From Sinorhizobium meliloti (GTDB lineage Bacteria; Pseudomonadota; Alphaproteobacteria; Rhizobiales; Rhizobiaceae), in NCBI RefSeq assembly GCF_017876815.1, contig NZ_JAGIOS010000001.1, forward strand, positions 2,700,001 to 2,732,000: a stretch of 32,000 nucleotides of DNA, written 5' to 3'. Position 1 is the first letter of the stretch, and each line of letters starts with the position of its first letter. Below the pieces are notes generated by a model, which worked only from the letters and a program-made list of their open reading frames with translations, was not told the DNA's origin and searched no databases. Of this stretch, positions 10,081-18,633 are shown piece after piece. Made by a program: the position numbers and the translations under genes.

Positions 10081-11022
10081 ATGAACGGACGGACGCCTTA
10101 CCCCGTGGACTGTGACGGGCTTAGATTTTCCTTCGAGTACTTCCCGCCGAAGAACGACGAGATGGAGACGCAGCTCTTTCAGACAGTCACGGCCCTCTCC
10201 GTTTTCGCGCCCGCCTTCGTCACCGTCACCTGCGGTGCCGGCGGGTCGACCAAGGCACGCTCCCTGACGACGGTCAAGCGGATGATCGGCGAGATGGAGA
10301 TCGCGAATACGGCGGCGCACCTCACTTGCGTCGGCGCGCCGAAGGCGGAGGTGGATGCGGTCATCGACGAGTTCCTGGCCTGCGGCGTGCGCCATTTCGT
10401 GGCATTGAGGGGTGATCCGCAAGGCGGTATCGGCAGCGTCTACGAGCCTTTTCCGGGCGGCTATGAGAATGCCGCCGCCCTCGTCAAGGCCCTGCGGGCG
10501 CGCGGCGATTTCGAGATCTCCGTCTCCGCCTATCCGGAAAAGCATCCGGAGAGCCCCGACGTCGCTGCCGACATAGACATGTTGAAGCGCAAGGTCGACA
10601 ATGGCGCAACGCGCGCGCTTACGCAGTTCTTCTTCGACAATGACGACTTCGAGCGCTATCTCGAACGCGTAAGGCGTGCGGGCATCGCGATACCGATCGT
10701 ACCCGGGATACTGCCGATCAATAATCTCACCCAGGTGCAGAAATTTGCCGGTCTTTGCGGCGCCAGAGTTCCGGAGTCGATCGTTTCGCGGCTGGGCCCT
10801 ATTGACGATCAGCCGGAGGAGCGCTTCCGGGAGGCGGCCCATATCGCGGCCGAACAGGTCGCCGATCTCGTCCGGCGCGGCGTCAGCGATTTTCACCTCT
10901 ACACGATGAACCGCCCGCAGCTGATCACCGCCGTTTGCGAACTGATGGGCTATGATCCGGAAATCGCGCCGGCTCAGCCGGCCGACACGGAGCGCTCAGT
11001 CCGGGCGGTCGCGAGGGCATGA
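10081..11022 (+). CDS. metF: 5,10-methylenetetrahydrofolate reductase
   Basis: MNGRTPYPV..FSFEYFPPKN...TCGAGGST...HLTC...ALRGD...SAYPEKHPES, typical of MetF. The track ORF starts at 9913, but that extension overlaps sahR in another frame. The ATG at 10081 follows the sahR stop by 2 nt. Confidence 0.9.
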   Translation: MNGRTPYPVDCDGLRFSFEYFPPKNDEMETQLFQTVTALSVFAPAFVTVTCGAGGSTKARSLTTVKRMIGEMEIANTAAHLTCVGAPKAEVDAVIDEFLACGVRHFVALRGDPQGGIGSVYEPFPGGYENAAALVKALRARGDFEISVSAYPEKHPESPDVAADIDMLKRKVDNGATRALTQFFFDNDDFERYLERVRRAGIAIPIVPGILPINNLTQVQKFAGLCGARVPESIVSRLGPIDDQPEERFREAAHIAAEQVADLVRRGVSDFHLYTMNRPQLITAVCELMGYDPEIAPAQPADTERSVRAVARA

Positions 11023-11054
11023 CGGCCGACCTCGGATAACGCAGCAGCAATAGC

Positions 11055-11098
11055 GAAAGCCCATGAGTGCCGCAGCATTCATGGGCTTTCTGATTGTT
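11055..11098 (+). terminator. rho-independent terminator after metF (possibly bidirectional)
   Basis: 12-bp stem gaaagcccatga (11055-11066) / tcatgggctttc (11079-11090), followed by tgattgtt. Confidence 0.7.
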
Positions 11099-11209
11099 GC
11101 AGCCTGTCGAACTATTGCGCCTGAGCGGCCGTCAGACATGCCTCGCTGCAAAAATGGATTTTCCGGAAATTAAAGTCCCCGTTTCGGCTGGACTGTCAGT
11201 GGCCTTGGA

Positions 11210-11287
11210 TCACACGAAAAGCATTACGGCCACGAATGCGAACGCTGCACTGATCATAAGGACGTTCAACGAGTGTGTAAGTCCCAT
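11210..11287 (-). CDS. candidate 25-aa hydrophobic small protein (MGLTHSLNVLMISAAFAFVAVMLFV)
   Basis: The ATG at 11285-11287 is preceded by GGGAGGA (11295-11301) with a 7-nt spacer. It encodes a single predicted TM helix and is the only plausible ORF in a 540-bp AT-rich gap. GC3 is about 64%, lower than neighbouring genes. The 63-aa track version (11210..11401) lacks an SD. Confidence 0.4.
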   Translation of the reverse strand: MGLTHSLNVLMISAAFAFVAVMLFV

Positions 11288-11563
11288 AAGCTGATCCTCC
11301 CTGCGTTGACGGGTAAAACATAGGGCGAAAAAACGGCATGTGAAAGCGAAACTTGTGCTGCACTGCGAAATTCCGTATGTCAGATTTTCTCGCGAATACA
11401 TCTAAATTGCTGAAATTATTTTATTATTTGGAATGCCACATTTTATTCACAATTCCTGCCGGGAGGTTAATGTAACCGTCTGTAACGCTGCGTGAGTGTG
11501 TGAAAATGACGGTGAATCACTTCATCGGCGTGCGCCGGGGCGGGATTGCGGCGCGCGGAACGG

Positions 11564-12508
11564 TCACCGTCCGGCGGAATATCCGAGCTTCAGGACGCGC
11601 CCGTCCAGGATCGCCAAGCCGGCGGCGATGAGCAACATGCCGCCGACGTCCGTCGCCTGCAGCATTTCTCCCAGGAAGAGATAGCCGAGCAGGATGGCGC
11701 TTGGCGGGACAAGCAGCGTTACCAGCGACGTGTTGGTGGCGCCCGCTTCGGCCATGATGCGGAAGAACAGGATATAGGCATAGGCGGTTGAGACGAGCGC
11801 CAGTCCGAGGATCGCGAGCACGGTCGTGAGCGGCGGCATCGGCATGGTCCATGGCATGTCGACGAGGACCGCGACCGGCAGCATGATGAGTGTCGATGCC
11901 GTCAATTGCCCAGCGGCCGTCACCGGCGGGGCCAGATCGCGGAAGCGTTTGCCGTAAGTCGCGGAAAAGCCGTAGCTGACTGCTGCCAGGACCGGCAGGA
12001 CGAGCGCCCAGAGCGGCACGTCGCCGGCAGTGCCGAAGAGGCCGGCAAGCGCACTCGGTCCTATGAGCACGACGGTACCGGCAAGCCCGAGCAGGCAACC
12101 GCTGAACTTCGCGGTGCTCAACTTCTCATCCTCGGTCGCGACATTGGCGATGAGCACCGTCCAGACCGGCGTCGTGGCGTTGAGGATTGCCGCGAGACCG
12201 GCGCCGATGTGCGTTTGGCCGAGAAAGATGAAAGCATGCGGAATGGCGTTGTTGATGAGCCCCATGAGCAGGAATTCGCGCCAGCGCCCGGCGAGCGCCG
12301 GATATATGCCGTGTCGGCCCCGAAGATAGAGATGCAGGGCGAGGGCGGCGAGGCCGAGACGCAAAAGCACGAGCGTGAAAGGCGGCACATGGGCAACGGC
12401 GACCCGGGCGAAGAAGAAGGAGCCGCCCCAGATGAGACCGAGCAGCCCGAGCAATGCCCAGAGGCGCATGGTCATGTGGGTGCTGATGGAATTTGCGGAT
12501 GAAGCCAT
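11564..12508 (-). CDS. EamA/DMT-family membrane transporter
   Basis: 314 aa with about 10 TM segments and LIWGGSFFF typical of the EamA N-terminus. The start is uncertain (12508, or the ATG at 12475 giving MTMRLW). Confidence 0.75.
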   Translation of the reverse strand: MASSANSISTHMTMRLWALLGLLGLIWGGSFFFARVAVAHVPPFTLVLLRLGLAALALHLYLRGRHGIYPALAGRWREFLLMGLINNAIPHAFIFLGQTHIGAGLAAILNATTPVWTVLIANVATEDEKLSTAKFSGCLLGLAGTVVLIGPSALAGLFGTAGDVPLWALVLPVLAAVSYGFSATYGKRFRDLAPPVTAAGQLTASTLIMLPVAVLVDMPWTMPMPPLTTVLAILGLALVSTAYAYILFFRIMAEAGATNTSLVTLLVPPSAILLGYLFLGEMLQATDVGGMLLIAAGLAILDGRVLKLGYSAGR

Positions 12509-12539
12509 ATCTTGCCTGCGCAGCAGCTACCGCATCGGC

Positions 12540-12561
12540 CCGAAAATCGTCCGATTTTCGG
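12540..12561. repeat. perfect 22-bp palindrome CCGAAAATCG-tc-CGATTTTCGG
   Basis: Read directly. It lies 32-53 nt upstream of the EamA start at 12508 and downstream of the transglycosylase gene. It could be an operator or an RNA hairpin. Confidence 0.5.
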
Positions 12562-12637
12562 AAAGCACGATGCGTCGGCTGAATCTAAGCCGGGATAGGA
12601 GCCCGACAATTCTGAATTGTGCAAGCAGTATTGCAGC

Positions 12638-12661
12638 GAAGCGGGTGTTGCCACCCGCTTC
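12638..12661 (-). terminator. GC-rich hairpin 18 nt downstream of the transglycosylase stop (terminator-like, no clear U tract)
   Basis: 10-bp stem gaagcgggtg / cacccgcttc with a 4-nt loop. The minus-strand tail gctgcaatac is not T-rich. Confidence 0.4.
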
Positions 12662-12678
12662 TTGTGTCCTGCAAAAGG

Positions 12679-13896
12679 TTAAAGCGCCTCCAGCAGGCCC
12701 GGTGTTGCCCACCCGTCGGCGGGAATCCCGAGCTTCAACTGCTCCTTCTGCAGCGCGGCCCGCGTGCCCGAGCCGAGAATGCCGTCGATCTTGCCGACGT
12801 CATGCCCAAGTGCCTGCAATCTGGTCTGCAGGGCCTTCATCTCGGCGTCGCCGAGCCCCGGTTCCGGATTTCCCTGTTGATAGGGAGGCGCACCGGCAAG
12901 CCGGGTCGCGAAATAGGCGGCGGAGGTCGTGTAGATGAAGGACTGGTTCCACTCGAGATAGATCTTGAAGTTCGGGTAGGTCAGGAAAGCAGCACCTTTG
13001 CGGCCCTGAGGGAGCACCAGCGAGGCTTCGAGCCCACTATTGGAGGTGTTGCCGTCACGCGGCGCGACACCGAGTGCGAACCAGTCGCCGGCGGTCATGC
13101 CGGGCTGCAGGCCGGTCTTTTCCCATGGCAACTGCTCCGGAACGCGGACCTCCTGAATCCATGGTTCCCCGGGCTTGAAGCCCAGGCTCTGGATGAATTT
13201 CGCCGCCGTCAGAATGGCATCCGGAGAACTCTTCTTGAGATTGACATGGCCGTCGCCGTCGCCGTCGACGCCATAGGCGATGATGTCCTCAGGCAGCATC
13301 TGTACCTGACCGATCTCGCCCGCCCAGGCGCCGGTGGTCGCGGCGGGATCGAGATCGCCGTGCTGCACCATCTCGATTGCGGCGAGAAGCTGCGGCCGGA
13401 ACATTTCCGGGCGGCGGCAGTCATGCGCCAGCGTCACCAGCGCATCACGCGTATTGAAATCGCCCTGCACGGCGCCGAAGTCGGTCTCCATGGCCCAGAA
13501 TGCGGTGATCACGGGCGCCGGTACGCCGAACTCCTGCTCGGCCCGGGCAAAGACGTCGGCATATTCCCGCATCTTCTGCGCACCGATGTCGAGGCGCGAC
13601 TTGCTGACGGTACGCTTCGAAAATTCGGTGAAGGTCTGCTTGAACACGCCCTGAGCGCGGTCGCGGCTCAGCACCTTCTGGTCGATGGCGGCGCCTGCGA
13701 GCGCCCGATCGGCGACGTCTGCGGGGATGCCCTTGGCGACCGCTTCGGCCTTGACGCCCTCCAGAAAGGAGCCGAGGTCGCCGCCGCACGCGGCGGCTGG
13801 GTTCCCCGGTTGAGCCGGAGCTTGCGCCAGGGCCGGCGCGCCGGCGATCGCAAGGAATCCGAGGGAGAGAAGGGCTTTGCGCGCTGTGGCTGTCAT
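12679..13896 (-). CDS. lytic murein transglycosylase (MltB family) with C-terminal PG_binding_1 domain
   Basis: Signal peptide MTATARKALLSLGFLAIAGAPALA/QA. Catalytic AMETDFG motif. C-terminus GDAEMKALQTRLQALGHDVGKIDGILGSGTRAALQKEQ matches a peptidoglycan-binding repeat. Start at the ATG at 13896 (SD GGAAAGGA) rather than the track start 13923. Confidence 0.85.
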   Translation of the reverse strand: MTATARKALLSLGFLAIAGAPALAQAPAQPGNPAAACGGDLGSFLEGVKAEAVAKGIPADVADRALAGAAIDQKVLSRDRAQGVFKQTFTEFSKRTVSKSRLDIGAQKMREYADVFARAEQEFGVPAPVITAFWAMETDFGAVQGDFNTRDALVTLAHDCRRPEMFRPQLLAAIEMVQHGDLDPAATTGAWAGEIGQVQMLPEDIIAYGVDGDGDGHVNLKKSSPDAILTAAKFIQSLGFKPGEPWIQEVRVPEQLPWEKTGLQPGMTAGDWFALGVAPRDGNTSNSGLEASLVLPQGRKGAAFLTYPNFKIYLEWNQSFIYTTSAAYFATRLAGAPPYQQGNPEPGLGDAEMKALQTRLQALGHDVGKIDGILGSGTRAALQKEQLKLGIPADGWATPGLLEAL

Positions 13897-14032
13897 TACA
13901 ATTCCTTTCCATGCCGGCCGCACAGGAATGCCGCCGGGCCCGAAGTCTGTCGAGAATGAAATCTATCGATGCTCTCTCAGAGCATTATGACCGAATGAAG
14001 AAAATGCGGACCATGCCGCCGCGTCCTCTGGT

Positions 14033-14817
14033 CTATCTTGCCTGCGAGACGGTCGCGACCCACTTCTGCCAGTTCCTGGCGGAACCGGCGAAGGCGTTGA
14101 TGTCCGTGCTGCCCTGAATGCCGGGGATCACGCCGGTGCTGGTATATTGCCAGAAGGCCCAGCGGCGTTCGACGTAGATGTCCTTCGGGTGCTTGGCTAC
14201 CGAGCGCACCCAGAAATGATAGTCGTTGAAGGCGCCGACCAGATTGTCATGGTGGAAGTCGACGGACGTGTAGATGATCGGCCGCTTGCCGTAATGGGCC
14301 TCGAGCCGATCCATGAACCGCTTCATTTCGGACCGCACGGTTTCCGGCGCCGGCCGGTGACGGCAGGTCTTGGATTCGCCATTCCATTCGACATCCAGGA
14401 CGGGCGGCAGGTGGACGGCGCTCTTCGGCACGTTGGCGATGAACCAGTCGGCCTGGGCGTCGGCGGTGGAGCAGAAATAATAGAAATGATAGGGCGCGTA
14501 GGCGAGGCCGACGGCGCGCGCCTGCTGCCAATATTCGTGGAAGCGCGAGTCCACCCGGTCCTTGCCCTCGGTTGCCTTGATGAACGCGAAGGACACCCCG
14601 GAATTCTTAACCTTCCGCCAACGATGTCGCCGTTCCACTTGGAGACGTCGATCCCGTGAACGCTGTGATGGTGCGGCGTGCGGCCGCCGAAATCCTGGGG
14701 ATCGGTGTCGTGGAAGCGCGGCTGAATGGAGGCCGTCTTGACGAGATCGTAATCGGTGGAGGTACAGGAGGAGAGAATGGTGGCGATGGGCAGCAATGCC
14801 AGGAGAAGCCGGCGCAT
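14033..14817 (-). pseudogene. GH25 muramidase (lysozyme) lipoprotein gene interrupted by a 1-nt deletion
   Basis: The N-terminus MRRLLLALLPIATILSSC (lipobox) ...HGIDVSKWNGDI is in one frame (track ORF 14323..14856). The continuation WRKVKNSGVSFAFIKATEGKDRVD...GSTDINAF is in the -1 neighbour frame (track ORF 14033..14914). The junction is at about 14620-14623. Observed gacatcgttggcgg versus expected gacatcgaTtggcgg would restore the GH25 hallmark GDIDW. Confidence 0.7.
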
Positions 14818-14978
14818 GGGGGTTCCGTTTCGAGACGAACGACGATCCTGCCTCACGCGATGGTTTCCATGATTGGTGATGTCCCCCAGGGAGGCGTGAC
14901 CTCCTTTTCACCATATCATCGTAAAAATTGCGTTAGCTCAAGTGTGAATTGCAGCCGAATGCAATCCGCCACCGTCCG

Positions 14979-15644
14979 CTACGGTGCCGCGCGGCGATAG
15001 ACGACAAGCCAGGCATAACCTCGTCTCAGCGATCTGACCTCGAGCGCCGCTCCGTTTCTCTCGGCTCTTTTGCGCATCACATCGAAAAGCGTTTCGCGCG
15101 GCGTGACGTGGAAGCGTCTGAGCCAGGCCTGGAGGAAGCGGCGGAAGCCGGCCGGCCAACCTTCCTGCTGGCCGAAGTCGGCGATATGCAGCGAGCCGCC
15201 CGGCTTGAGCGCGGCAATCGCGGCATCGACCGCCTTTTCCCATTCGGGAACCATGGAAAGGGCGTAGGAAATGACGATCCGGTCGAAGCCTTCCTGATCG
15301 AATGAGGCGGCGGTGAAATTCGTCGCGTCGGCGACCCGCAACACTGCGTCCGGCCGATTTTGGCGCCGGAGCTTGGCTTTGGCGGTCGCCAGCATTTCGG
15401 CCGAGATATCGAGGCCGAAGAGGCGCGCACCGGGGTAGAGATCCCCGATCACGGCGAGATTGCGGCCCGTGCCGCAGCCGACTTCCAGCACCGATGCGCC
15501 TGGCGGCGGGTTCAGTTCACGGATCAGCGTGTCACGGCCGAAGAGATAGTATTTGCGAGTGAAATCATAGATGTACCGCTGGTAGCGATACATGCGGTCC
15601 ATCAGATGAGCGTGGCTTTCATTCGCGGTCTGCACGGCGCTCAT
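14979..15644 (-). CDS. btaB: SAM-dependent N-methyltransferase BtaB (DGTS betaine-lipid synthesis)
   Basis: 221 aa with motif I VLEVGCGTGRNL. It is translationally coupled (ATGA at 15641-15644) to the upstream BtaA-type gene. The pairing and size match btaAB of Rhodobacter and Sinorhizobium. Confidence 0.75.
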   Translation of the reverse strand: MSAVQTANESHAHLMDRMYRYQRYIYDFTRKYYLFGRDTLIRELNPPPGASVLEVGCGTGRNLAVIGDLYPGARLFGLDISAEMLATAKAKLRRQNRPDAVLRVADATNFTAASFDQEGFDRIVISYALSMVPEWEKAVDAAIAALKPGGSLHIADFGQQEGWPAGFRRFLQAWLRRFHVTPRETLFDVMRKRAERNGAALEVRSLRRGYAWLVVYRRAAP

Positions 15645-16891
15645 GCTTTCTTCCGGTAGATGTGGAAGCCGCCATAGATCGCCGACCGGTCTTCAGCGCC
15701 GAGCCTCATCGAAGTCTCGGCATCATAGTACCACTGATCGAGGAGGGTGGTGGAGAGGCGCCCCGGCAGGATGCTCGCTTCGGCCGCCGTGCGGAAGATC
15801 ACGACCGCGCCGGCGTCGGCGGTGCGGGTGATCTCCGTCCAGAGGTCGTTCAGCTGCTGGTCGGTCATCCAGTCCTGTGCGTCGAGGAGCACGTAGCGGT
15901 CGACTGAGGCGGCGGGCTTGCCGGCGAGAAGCTCCGTGAAGCTCGCATGGTGGACCTCGACGCGCTCCGCATTGTCGCGAATCGCTTCGTATCGCGATGC
16001 CTGAAGATAAGGTGGCAACTCGCCCTCGTCCGGCCGCGGGTAGCGCCGTGCAAAGGCCTGCCAGGCGAAGTAGTTATCGCGCAAGGGGAAATGACAGGTC
16101 AGCTTTTCCAGGCGATTGCGCAGCACCGCGGCGACGGATTTCTCCCGGCTCAGGCTCGCGAGTTCGTCGAACTGCTGCGGCGGGATGCCGAGGCCGAAAA
16201 GGGAGCTCTTGCGGCTGGTGATCCAACGGATGACCGGACGCTCGAAGAGCGGAGCGAGCTTGTCGTCGAAGAACTGCCGCTGCTCGCGCATGGAGCGCGC
16301 CTTGACGAAATCTTCCGGATTGATGCCGTGCAGCCGTGCGAGAGCATGGCTGGCGGAAATGAAACGGCCAAGCAGGCCGGTACGATAAACGTTGCGCCCG
16401 AAGACGCCGATGCGCCGGCGGCCGGTGAGATCTCGGCCGTTCCAATAGGCGCGGGTTGCCGGATCGAGCTTCGGCGCGAGGAACACGTCGTAGGCCTGGC
16501 CATTCGTGCGCGTACCTTCGACGGCGAGGAACCGCACCACGTCCTTGTGGCTCGGCAGGTGGCGAAAGGCAGACAGCTTCAGCCGGTTGAGCGCGATGTG
16601 ATGGGGGTTGAGATCGACCACGTCTATCCGGGCAGGCTCGGCGGAGAGATAGGTCAGCATGTTGCAGCCGCCGGAACCGATCGTCACGATCCGATGTCCG
16701 GGACGGATCTGCATCGCTTCCATGTCGACAATCGGGTCCTCCCAGATCTGCGGGTAGACGAGTCCGGAAAAGAGCAGCCCGAACAGGCGTTCGGAGAGAC
16801 CGGCGGGGGAGAGAGCTTTGTGCTGCAGGAGTGCGCTTTTCAGTTTCGGATTCTTCTTGCCGAAGCCGGCATCCGGGGCGAAGTCGGTCAT
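15641..16891 (-). CDS. btaA: SAM:diacylglycerol 3-amino-3-carboxypropyltransferase BtaA (DUF3419 family)
   Basis: 416 aa. ...YPQIWEDPIVDMEAM...IVTIGSGGCNMLTYL... is characteristic of BtaA/DUF3419. btaB follows directly. Confidence 0.75.
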   Translation of the reverse strand: MTDFAPDAGFGKKNPKLKSALLQHKALSPAGLSERLFGLLFSGLVYPQIWEDPIVDMEAMQIRPGHRIVTIGSGGCNMLTYLSAEPARIDVVDLNPHHIALNRLKLSAFRHLPSHKDVVRFLAVEGTRTNGQAYDVFLAPKLDPATRAYWNGRDLTGRRRIGVFGRNVYRTGLLGRFISASHALARLHGINPEDFVKARSMREQRQFFDDKLAPLFERPVIRWITSRKSSLFGLGIPPQQFDELASLSREKSVAAVLRNRLEKLTCHFPLRDNYFAWQAFARRYPRPDEGELPPYLQASRYEAIRDNAERVEVHHASFTELLAGKPAASVDRYVLLDAQDWMTDQQLNDLWTEITRTADAGAVVIFRTAAEASILPGRLSTTLLDQWYYDAETSMRLGAEDRSAIYGGFHIYRKKA

Positions 16892-16990
16892 CTTGCCTGT
16901 CGTCCAGTTGAAACTGAGCCGCTTCTAAGGTGACTCGGCTACACTTTGATGACGAGGTTTCGCACAGGGGCTTGCAGGGATTCGGGTATT

Positions 16991-17042
16991 GCCTCTCATC
17001 TGCCTGCCGGCATCTTCTCCCCGCAAGCGGTGCGAAGGAGAG
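16991..17042 (+). repeat. module A copy of the mosaic repeat
   Basis: gcctctcatctgcctgccggcatcttctccccgcaagcggtgcgaaggagag, closely similar to 2116-2175 and to the reverse complement of 2322-2380. Confidence 0.75.
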
Positions 17043-17183
17043 TCGCGGCGACCACCAGGCCCTTCCGACAAAGCGGTTGCGGTGACGGCATTTTGCGACG
17101 AAAGGGCAAACCGGAGGAGAGGTCATCCTCACCACCTGAGCCTCTGCTGCCGGATACAAGACGCAATAGTCATGTACACTGGT

Positions 17184-17215
17184 CAGACGGGCGAAAGCGC
17201 TGTAGCACTTTATAC
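17184..17215 (+). repeat. partial module B copy of the mosaic repeat
   Basis: cagacgggcgaaagcgctgtagcactttatac versus cagacgcgcaaaggtcgctgtagcactttgatc at 2211-2243. The left half of the B hairpin is missing. Confidence 0.6.
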
Positions 17216-17234
17216 AAAGGGCAGGAGGGCGAGA

Positions 17235-18596
17235 ATGAAGGGTCTGCTGAAGACGCTTGGCGGGCTGGTTGTGGCTACGCTCGCGGGCCTCGTTGGCTGG
17301 CTGGCGCTGTTCCCGCCTGAACTCCTCAAGGTGGGCGATGGCTATGCCGCCAAGATCGTCTGCTCCAATGTGTTCCTCGCGGGACGCGATCCGCAGGAAG
17401 TGCTGGAGGAAGACGTGCAGGCGCCTGGCCACCCGCTCCTGAAGCTCGTGCGCGTTTCGGTCGATCGGGAAGAGCAGAGCGTGACGGCGCGTCTCCTGGG
17501 CTTTGCTGCCCCAGGCCGCGCCGTCTACCGTCCGGGCCGCGGTTGCGCCAATGTGAGCGGAGGCAGCGCCGAGGCCATCGCGGGGATGCGCGGGACCGAG
17601 TCGGCAACGGCGCCGCTCGCCCCCGATCCGAGCCTCGACTGGCCGGACGGGGACAAGCCGGACATCGACCCGGCCATTCAAAAGCTTGTCGAAGATCCGG
17701 CACTGGCAGGTCCGGGCATGCGTGCAATCGTGGTCGTCAGGGATGGCAGGCTGGTCGCGGAGACCTATGCGGCGGGCTTCGACCGGAACACGCCCCTGCT
17801 CGGCTGGTCGATGACGAAGTCCGTGACGGCGGCGATCATCGGCCGGCGCATTGCCGAAGGGCGGATGGATCTGGCCCAGACCAATCTGGTGACCGAATGG
17901 AACGGCGATGACCGGGCTCGCATCAAGCTGACGGACCTTCTCGCGATGCAGAGCGGGCTCGATTTCAACGAGGATTACGGCGACGTCACGGACGTGACGC
18001 GTATGCTCTATCGGGAAAGCGACATGGCCGGCTTCGTCGCCTCGAAGCCGCTGGAGGCGGCTCCGGGCACGAAATTCGCCTATTCGAGCGGCACGAGCAA
18101 TCTTCTGTCCCGGCTCTGGATGCAGACATTCGACGATCCGGCCGAAGCGCTTTCCTATCCGCGCGAGGCGTTCTTCGCTCCGCTCGGGATGACGAGCGCC
18201 GTTATGGAGACGGATGCAAGCGGAACCTTCGTCGGCTCTTCCTACATGTATGCGTCGGCACAGGACTGGGCGCGCTTCGCCGAGTTTCTGCTTCAGGACG
18301 GAAGCTGGAAGGGGAGGCGGCTCCTGCCGGAAGGTTACGTGTCCTTCATGCGCACGCCGACTGCGGCTTCCGGGGGCGACTACGGGGCAGGCCAGGTCTG
18401 GCTCCAGGAAAACGGCACCCGCGCCGGAACGGCGAATTTCCCGCCCGATACGTTCTGGATGCTTGGACATGACGGGCAGGCGATCATGATCGTCCCCTCG
18501 CTTCGCCTCGCGGTCGTCCGCCTGGGGCTGACACCGTCGCGCCTCGGCTACGACGTGCAGAAGCTGAATTCGAGGATAATCGACGCGCTCGATTGA
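17235..18596 (+). CDS. membrane-anchored serine hydrolase, beta-lactamase/PBP-like (class C-type fold)
   Basis: SD AGGAGGG at 17223-17229 and ATG at 17235. N-terminal TM LGGLVVATLAGLVGWLALF. SxxK motif SMTKS. The track ORF start 16989 runs through the repeat region and is rejected. Confidence 0.75.
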   Translation: MKGLLKTLGGLVVATLAGLVGWLALFPPELLKVGDGYAAKIVCSNVFLAGRDPQEVLEEDVQAPGHPLLKLVRVSVDREEQSVTARLLGFAAPGRAVYRPGRGCANVSGGSAEAIAGMRGTESATAPLAPDPSLDWPDGDKPDIDPAIQKLVEDPALAGPGMRAIVVVRDGRLVAETYAAGFDRNTPLLGWSMTKSVTAAIIGRRIAEGRMDLAQTNLVTEWNGDDRARIKLTDLLAMQSGLDFNEDYGDVTDVTRMLYRESDMAGFVASKPLEAAPGTKFAYSSGTSNLLSRLWMQTFDDPAEALSYPREAFFAPLGMTSAVMETDASGTFVGSSYMYASAQDWARFAEFLLQDGSWKGRRLLPEGYVSFMRTPTAASGGDYGAGQVWLQENGTRAGTANFPPDTFWMLGHDGQAIMIVPSLRLAVVRLGLTPSRLGYDVQKLNSRIIDALD

Positions 18597-18633
18597 ATGA
18601 TGTCTGGCAGATAGGCCAGCCGCTGGTCGCGGC

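Noticed and set aside
11094-11401. 66-aa + ORF (11094..11294) and the 63-aa extended version of the minus-strand small ORF (11210..11401)
   Set aside because: Neither has an SD or a plausible protein-like sequence. Only the internal 25-codon version has a strong SD.
14600-14640. Programmed ribosomal frameshift in the GH25 gene
   Set aside because: There is no slippery heptamer or downstream structure at the junction. A simple 1-nt deletion relative to the conserved GDIDW motif explains it.
16929-16975. Possible Pho box upstream of btaA
   Set aside because: There are only degenerate half-sites with 19-nt rather than 11-nt spacing. This is too weak to list as a feature, so it is kept as a question within the btaAB finding.
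16074-18470. 798-aa minus-strand ORF, the longest in the window
   Set aside because: It runs antisense to the serine hydrolase gene, crosses the non-coding repeat region and overlaps btaA out of frame. Its product is Arg/Pro/Ala-rich with no recognisable motifs. This is a typical shadow ORF in GC-rich DNA.
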